Assembly (NCBI RefSeq): GCF_000018105.1
Contig: NC_009925.1
Location: forward strand, 3,990,001 to 4,022,000
DNA from: Acaryochloris marina MBIC11017
Lineage (GTDB): Bacteria > Cyanobacteriota > Cyanobacteriia > Thermosynechococcales > Thermosynechococcaceae
Length of the DNA: 32,000 nt
Direction of reading: 5' to 3'
Under the pieces are notes generated by a model. That model was given only the letters and a program-made list of their open reading frames with translations, searched no databases and was not told the origin of the DNA. The position numbers and the translations under genes were made by a program. Below, piece after piece: positions 26,764-32,000 of the stretch. The first letter of the stretch is position 1. Every line of letters begins with the position of its first letter.

Positions 26764-27930
26764 CTACTGGTTGGTCTCTAAAAAAGTTTTGAGTTCGGGA
26801 AAAGAGCAAGCATAAGCTGGTTTAGGGTTTACATATCCCTTCAATTGCACCGTAAATTGGCGTAACGGCAAATCCTCACCCTGCCATTCCTGCATGTATT
26901 GATACGTGGTCGCTCCTACCGCAATATCCAGACCAATTTGCTTCGTACTCGTTTCTAAACGAAACGCGGCATTGACCGTATCTCCTAGAGCCGTGTAGTC
27001 TGGGCGATCACTACTGCCCGTATTCCCGACCATACCGTAACCCGTATTGATGCCAGCACCAATTTTTAAGGGAAAGGGTAAGGGATATGCCAAGTGCAGC
27101 TTTTGGGTCATTTCATTGAGCTGATGGAGGGCCTGAAAGGGTTGTTGCAGCTCTTGCTGCCCCACATCTTGAGTGCCGTGAATCCACACGGCCATCACTG
27201 CATCACCAATATATTTATCTACCCAGCTGCCATTAGCTCGGATAATATCTCCTGCTTTGCGAAACCAGGTGCCGACGACTTCAGATAAGAGCCGTTCATC
27301 CAAATTGCGAGTGAGGCCCGTAAAGTTGCGAATATCAACCACGAGTACTGAGATCAACCGGCGAACATGCAGCAAAGCGGTGACTGGTGCTTCTGATAAA
27401 CCTTGGGTCGCGGTTGATAGACGGACGGCATCAGGATTATAGAATTCAACGTTGGTTTGACCAAAGGTGAGTTTATCCCCATGTTTCAAAGAAATGGGGA
27501 CACTCACTCGTCGCCCATTTACAAATGAGCCGTTGTGGCTTCCCAGGTCAATTAAATAGAGTTCTCTGGCTCCCATGGATTGCAGCATGGCATGGTTGCG
27601 CGACATCCATTGATCGGGGAGCACAATGGCGTTGTCGGATCCTCGGCCAATGGTCCAATAGGAATTGCCGACGAGGGATAGTTTATAACTCCCCGATTCG
27701 CCATGAACGTTGAGATAAGGATGATGGGTGTCATCATCTGATGGGGGTAGCAGTGGTCGAGAAAGTACTTCCGTAGAGCCGTCAAACTGGGTACTAGACG
27801 TGCTCAGTTCCTGTTGCAACTGGAGGAGATGTTGCTGTTGTTGTAGAACAATTGCAATCAGCTGCTCGCGAGTGAGTCCCGATAAACTTTGGGGATTAAA
27901 GACAGCAGGGGACTCTTGAGGCACCGGCAT
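26764..27930 (-). CDS. FHA domain + class III adenylate/guanylate cyclase
   Basis: FHA: YWTIGRGSDNAIVLPDQWMSRNHAML...LIDLGSHNGSFVNGRRV. Cyclase: VLVVDIRNFTGLT...KYIGDAVMAVW...GINTGYGMVGNTG...YTALGDTVNAAFRLE. The track ORF extends to TTG 28017 and would overlap fcl by 29 nt, so ATG 27930 is preferred. Confidence 0.85.
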   Translation of the reverse strand: MPVPQESPAVFNPQSLSGLTREQLIAIVLQQQQHLLQLQQELSTSSTQFDGSTEVLSRPLLPPSDDDTHHPYLNVHGESGSYKLSLVGNSYWTIGRGSDNAIVLPDQWMSRNHAMLQSMGARELYLIDLGSHNGSFVNGRRVSVPISLKHGDKLTFGQTNVEFYNPDAVRLSTATQGLSEAPVTALLHVRRLISVLVVDIRNFTGLTRNLDERLLSEVVGTWFRKAGDIIRANGSWVDKYIGDAVMAVWIHGTQDVGQQELQQPFQALHQLNEMTQKLHLAYPLPFPLKIGAGINTGYGMVGNTGSSDRPDYTALGDTVNAAFRLETSTKQIGLDIAVGATTYQYMQEWQGEDLPLRQFTVQLKGYVNPKPAYACSFPELKTFLETNQ

Positions 27931-27988
27931 GGATATGGTTTTGCGAGAGTCATGGGTGGCCTCGTTGCCATGACTCTCGTGCTTACAG

Positions 27989-28933
27989 TTACTCGGGGTG
28001 CTGTCGGTACCAATCAATGGTGTTCTGTAATCCCTGCTCTAAGGTGATGTTGGCGGTAAAGCCGAATTTTTCTTTAGCTTTAGCCGTATCCAAACAACGA
28101 CGTGGCTGACCATTTGGCTTATCCGTGAGCCAAACCACGTCACCTTTAAAGTCCATCAATCGACAAATTAAGGTGACGAGATCACGAATGGAGACTTCAG
28201 AGTTCGTTCCTAAGTTAATGGGGTCCGATTCGTTGTAATCTTCCATCGCCATTATTATTCCCCGTGCAGCATCCTCAGAGTACAAAAACTCCCGGGTCGG
28301 TGTGCCATCCCCCCATACTTCGAGTTGGGTCGCCCCAGCTTGCTGGGCTTCATAGACTTTGCGAATCAGAGCAGGGATGACATGGGAGCTTTGTGGATTA
28401 AAATTATCTTCTGGACCATATAAATTCACAGGGAGTAGATATACCCCGTTAAATCCATACTGCTGCCGATAGGCTTGGAGCTGGACGAGTAATGCTTTTT
28501 TGGCCACCCCATAGGGAGCATTGGTTTCTTCGGGATATCCATCCCAGAGAGCTTCTTCTTTGAAGGGGACGGGCGTAAATTTGGGATAGGCACAAATGGT
28601 ACCCACACAGACAAATTTTTCGACGCCTTTTTCATAGGCCGCATGAATGAGTTGGGTGCCCATCATCAAATTGTCGTAGAACAATTCGGCAGGTTTAATT
28701 TGATTTAAACCAATGCCGCCAACATGGGCTGCTAAGTGGATGACAATATCTTGTCCGGCAACAGCGTCTTGACAAGCACTTAGGGATCGCAAATCGCAGG
28801 TAGAAGAGCGAGGGATGGAAATATTCTCAAGTTGTGCTCCGGCTTTTTGTAGTTGAGCAATGACTTGACGGCCCAGAAAACCTGCGCCTCCGGTGACTAG
28901 AACTTTTTTGCTGGCAAGATTGGATGTAGTCAT
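27989..28933 (-). CDS. fcl: GDP-L-fucose synthase (GDP-4-keto-6-deoxy-D-mannose epimerase/reductase)
   Basis: VLVTGGAGFLG, IHLAAHVGGI, YPEETNAPYGVAKKAL (YxxxK), NLYGPEDNF, VWGDGTPTREFLY. Confidence 0.88.
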   Translation of the reverse strand: MTTSNLASKKVLVTGGAGFLGRQVIAQLQKAGAQLENISIPRSSTCDLRSLSACQDAVAGQDIVIHLAAHVGGIGLNQIKPAELFYDNLMMGTQLIHAAYEKGVEKFVCVGTICAYPKFTPVPFKEEALWDGYPEETNAPYGVAKKALLVQLQAYRQQYGFNGVYLLPVNLYGPEDNFNPQSSHVIPALIRKVYEAQQAGATQLEVWGDGTPTREFLYSEDAARGIIMAMEDYNESDPINLGTNSEVSIRDLVTLICRLMDFKGDVVWLTDKPNGQPRRCLDTAKAKEKFGFTANITLEQGLQNTIDWYRQHPE

Positions 28934-29041
28934 GATTATGTTTTGTCAAATACAGTTATTGACGGACAACCGAATTAAGCTGGGAATGCTAGGCTAATAA
29001 TGCTAGCTTAGACATTCTCATCTATTTTTTAAAAAACTCCT

Positions 29042-29239
29042 ATGGAATTGCATGATCAGGCTGACGAGCCCCCTGAACGTAGCTCCGATGTTCTCTCCAA
29101 AATTGCTGGAACTGCGATCGCATGTCTGACCTTGGCTATGCCGCTCTATGTGACAACATACTATTCTTCAACCCGTCAGATTCCACTCGCTCCTCAGTTG
29201 TCTGAGTCCGTCATGGCAAAAGAGCGGCCCCAGAGCTAG
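29042..29239 (+). CDS. Hypothetical 65-aa protein with one hydrophobic segment (doubtful)
   Basis: ATG ORF in a 314-bp gap, divergent from fcl. One putative TM segment (IAGTAIACLTLAMPLYV). No motif. Confidence 0.25.
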   Translation: MELHDQADEPPERSSDVLSKIAGTAIACLTLAMPLYVTTYYSSTRQIPLAPQLSESVMAKERPQS

Positions 29240-29247
29240 GCATTTGT

Positions 29248-29445
29248 TTAAGGGGTTGAGTCAGGTGCTAATTCCACTTCAAAAGACTCATCTTCGACGG
29301 TGACAATATCACCCGCATTGAGCTGTCGTCCACGGCGAACTTCAAGCTCCCCATTGACTGTTACAAATCCAGACTGGATCAGATGTTTGGCTTGTCCACC
29401 GGTAAGGGTTACCCCTTGAAATTTCAGAAATTGATCCAGTTTCAT
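29248..29445 (-). CDS. Small S4-domain RNA-binding protein (YbcJ-like)
   Basis: MKLDQFLKFQGVTLTGGQAKHLIQSGFVTVNGELEVRRGRQLNAGDIV is the S4 alpha-L motif in a 65-aa protein. Confidence 0.7.
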   Translation of the reverse strand: MKLDQFLKFQGVTLTGGQAKHLIQSGFVTVNGELEVRRGRQLNAGDIVTVEDESFEVELAPDSTP

Positions 29446-29517
29446 AGGGTACTTGGTTTAGATGTGTATTGGCTTCAATCTAGGGTAAGCAATCTACTCT
29501 AGAATGCCAACCCTTCC

Positions 29518-30471
29518 TTAAGCTTGGCCTGAATCATCGATGATGGAACGAATCCCTTCAATAGACGCAGGAACTGATCGAGGATCCATAAACATCACCT
29601 TGCTGCTGTCGCTTTCGCCGATAGTTGCCCCCATATCCATATAGTTCTGAGCTAACAGAAACTGTAGAGCCTGTTCAGCTTTAGGGTCTTTTTTTAGGGC
29701 TTGAGTGACAATCTGCAATGCTTCTGAAGTGGCATGGGCCCGCAATACGCGATCCTGACGTTCACCCTGGGCTCTAAGAACGATAGATTGCTGCTCTGCT
29801 TCGGCTTCTAAAATGGCAGATTTCTTACGGGCTTCAGCGGCTAAAACTTGGGCTTCGGCAGACCCACGAGCGGAGTTAACAGCTGCTTCTTTTTCGCCCT
29901 CAGATGTTAAGATAGCAGCTCTTTTTTGGCGTTCGGCAGCCATTTGAAGTTCCATGGAATCTTGGACGGCTTGAGAAGGGGTGATATCCCGTAGCTCAAC
30001 CCGTGTGACTTTCACTCCCCAAGGATCGGTTGCACTATCTAGTTCTTGCAGGAGGATTTCGCTGATTTGGGTGCGTGCTGTAAAGGTTTCATCCAGTTCG
30101 AGCTTACCCATCTCGGCTCGAATTTGAGTTTGGACCAGATTGACCATGGCAGATGAGAGATTCTCAACCTTGTAATAGGCTTTCTCCATATCGATAATTT
30201 GCCAATAAACCACAGCATCGACCGTAATAGCGACATTATCACAAGTAATACAAGATTGAGGGTCAATATCTAGTACTTTTAGTCTTAATGTGTCTTTATA
30301 GACGATTTGGTCGAGCACAGGAAAAATAATATTTAATCCTGGATCTAGACGTTTTTTATAACTTCCTAAGTTTTCGACTAGAGCAGCATTCCCTTGATTA
30401 ATAATGCGTACGGAGCTAGCTGCACCAGCCCCACCTATAGCTATAAAAATAACTGTTATGAATTGCCACAC
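29518..30471 (-). CDS. SPFH/Band 7 (stomatin-like) membrane protein
   Basis: N-terminal TM segment, the SPFH core ([31 protein letters not shown]...[15 protein letters not shown]...), then an Ala/Glu/Gln-rich coiled coil. GTG start. Confidence 0.9.
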   Translation of the reverse strand: MWQFITVIFIAIGGAGAASSVRIINQGNAALVENLGSYKKRLDPGLNIIFPVLDQIVYKDTLRLKVLDIDPQSCITCDNVAITVDAVVYWQIIDMEKAYYKVENLSSAMVNLVQTQIRAEMGKLELDETFTARTQISEILLQELDSATDPWGVKVTRVELRDITPSQAVQDSMELQMAAERQKRAAILTSEGEKEAAVNSARGSAEAQVLAAEARKKSAILEAEAEQQSIVLRAQGERQDRVLRAHATSEALQIVTQALKKDPKAEQALQFLLAQNYMDMGATIGESDSSKVMFMDPRSVPASIEGIRSIIDDSGQA

Positions 30472-30505
30472 AATACTAACCCCACGTAAATAAATCTCAG
30501 GTATT

Positions 30506-30946
30506 TTACGATTCTGAATGAAAGGTCAGACCTTCCCCAAATTCAGTAGGAATGACGAACAAGGTCGTTCCTTTTCGGCCCACAACGTACACTTTTGTCT
30601 TGCTTTCGATGGTCAAATTTTCATCTTCACAGCGAGCTCGCCAGGAACTTCCTTCATAGATCACTCGCCCCGTTTGGCCTGCTGGAATTTGAGTGAGTGT
30701 TTCTGCTTCCACCTCATCTTGTAAGATTCTGGCGGTTCTTTTGGGCACAAATCGGCGAACCAATCCAATCAAAAGGACTGACAAGATCAGCCAAATTAGA
30801 GCTTGAAGATAGAACTGAGGCACCACCAAAGAAATAACTGCAACCGCAAAGGCACTGATGCCCATCATCAGTTCTACAAAAGCGGTGGGTGTAATGACCT
30901 CAAATACACAAAATGCCAGTCCTAGTCCTAACCATAGCCAAGCCAA
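30506..30946 (-). CDS. NfeD-family membrane protein
   Basis: Three N-terminal TM segments plus a C-terminal OB-like soluble domain ([19 protein letters not shown]...[13 protein letters not shown]). It lies immediately upstream of the SPFH gene, which is the classical NfeD-SPFH pairing. TTG start. Confidence 0.8.
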   Translation of the reverse strand: MAWLWLGLGLAFCVFEVITPTAFVELMMGISAFAVAVISLVVPQFYLQALIWLILSVLLIGLVRRFVPKRTARILQDEVEAETLTQIPAGQTGRVIYEGSSWRARCEDENLTIESKTKVYVVGRKGTTLFVIPTEFGEGLTFHSES

Positions 30947-31105
30947 AATCTTGTTCCTTACCGGTTGCTGGATCCGATATATACCTTACCCGCAGTATAC
31001 CCAGGATGGTTTAGTTCTGTGGCTGACATAGGCAGTTTATACTTGAAGGCGCTAAATTAGAGCGGAGCTGGAATCAGCCCCAGCAGAAATTTACACACGA
31101 TCACT

Positions 31106-32000
31106 ATGGGGATTGTTCACTGGTTAAAGCGAGTATTAGAGCCAAAGCGACCTCGATCGAGTCCTGCTTCCTCTTCTGAGCCTGCAACGACGCCCAAAGA
31201 AGAAGCAGCACCATCCATTGTTCACGAGAGCGTTGCTGAACCGCCTTTAAGTCCAACGGTTGAGACAGTTCAGCAATCGCCACTCAGTCTAACAGTTGAG
31301 CCAGTTCAGCAACCTCAACAGCCTGCACTGCAGACAGCAGTACTACCAGAACCTGCGCCCCCTGTTCGGCAAGTTTCAACACCTAAGAGTCAGCCACCTA
31401 CTCCATCACGAGCGACCTGGATATCGGTAGATAAAACAGTACTTGTGGGTAGCTACTGCTTACCGGGTCTGGTTTATGTGGGGGATAACCTCAAAGGGAT
31501 TAGCACCCATGTCAGCACTGAACCAGCCTTAATTCGACCGCAGCTGAAGCTTGATGAAGCGAAGCCTGATCGCAATGGCAATTGGATTAGTGAATGGCCA
31601 TCCTATAGCGAAATTCCCTCAGCTAGCCGAGCGGCCTATTTGGAGTGGTTGGCGGATGGGCGCTGTGACTCCCAGATTCCCTTAGGGTATGTTTATCTGT
31701 TTTTCTATGGTTTAGAGCGCCGAGTGCTTAGGGATTTTCGACGGGCTAAACGACCTATCCTGACAGAATTGTGCACCATCATGATCGAGGTGGAACGCCT
31801 CCAAAATTTGTATGGAGATCAAGAGACTTTTGGCGAAGAGACTCGTCAATTTTTAGACATTTGCCGTTTCCTACTTCCTAACCAAATCACAGCTTTGCCA
31901 CCGCCCTGGACATTTGAATCGGTAGAGATGCCTCTGAGTTTAGAGGTCGGCCTAGGAACATTAGCCGCGACGCAAACGCCACTTCCTGCAGACTGGGCGT
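31106..32000 (+). CDS. TerB_N domain-containing protein, N-terminal 298 codons only (continues past the window end)
   Basis: Not in the supplied ORF track because it has no stop codon in the window. I translated it from ATG 31106 with no stop through 32000. A Pro/Ser/Gln-rich N-terminus is followed by WISVDKTVLVGSYCLPGLVYVG...WPSYSEIPSASRAAYLEWLADGRCDSQIPLGYVYLFFYGLERRVL, which is the hallmark of the TerB N-terminal domain family. Confidence 0.75.
   Translation, partial: MGIVHWLKRVLEPKRPRSSPASSSEPATTPKEEAAPSIVHESVAEPPLSPTVETVQQSPLSLTVEPVQQPQQPALQTAVLPEPAPPVRQVSTPKSQPPTPSRATWISVDKTVLVGSYCLPGLVYVGDNLKGISTHVSTEPALIRPQLKLDEAKPDRNGNWISEWPSYSEIPSASRAAYLEWLADGRCDSQIPLGYVYLFFYGLERRVLRDFRRAKRPILTELCTIMIEVERLQNLYGDQETFGEETRQFLDICRFLLPNQITALPPPWTFESVEMPLSLEVGLGTLAATQTPLPADWA

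Noticed and set aside
27989-28017. Apparent 29-nt overlap between the cyclase and fcl coding regions
   Set aside because: The overlap depends on a TTG start chosen by the ORF caller. An in-frame ATG at 27930 removes it, and the extra 29 residues carry no domain.
1-32000. Search for tRNA/rRNA genes, CRISPR arrays, IS elements, integrases or prophage genes
   Set aside because: Intergenic regions show no T-loop/acceptor patterns (GGTTCGAATCC-like). There are no regularly spaced direct repeats and no transposase, integrase or phage structural motifs in any listed ORF.

Overview
This is a cyanobacterial chromosomal segment. It carries psbU, a PSII S4-domain protein, a PetF-like 2Fe-2S ferredoxin and a lumenal-type pentapeptide protein. 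I counted at least 13 copies of the HIP1 octamer GCGATCGC by eye. Most of the window is tightly packed housekeeping or conserved genes: ahcY (3' part), a PfkB sugar kinase, hemC, two TPR proteins, a CSP41-like epimerase-family protein, pfkA, lexA, a Rho_N/DUF4912 protein, yraN, an ABC substrate-binding lipoprotein, scpA, nadB, an FHA-adenylate cyclase, fcl and an NfeD/SPFH pair. Three parts do not look like ordinary housekeeping. (1) The 9.2-14.2 kb segment holds an orphan 98-aa gene, a 1.17 kb gene-free spacer that falls to about 27% G+C with a terminator-like hairpin, and a 483-aa STAND NTPase. That NTPase has an N-terminal LuxR/GerE-like HTH, an NB-ARC core and a winged helix but no C-terminal repeat sensor. 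A convergent Hanks Ser/Thr kinase follows, with a roughly 190-aa C-terminal domain I cannot assign. This is my best candidate for an undescribed signalling or conflict module. (2) A three-gene operon at 20.4-21.8 kb encodes only membrane proteins with no motifs I recognise. (3) An ORF that is absent from the supplied track because it runs off the right edge (31106 to beyond 32000) has the hallmark TerB_N motif. Its partner genes, if any, lie outside the window. I saw no rRNA, tRNA, CRISPR array, transposase or integrase. All family assignments come from reading motifs by eye; no searches were run.
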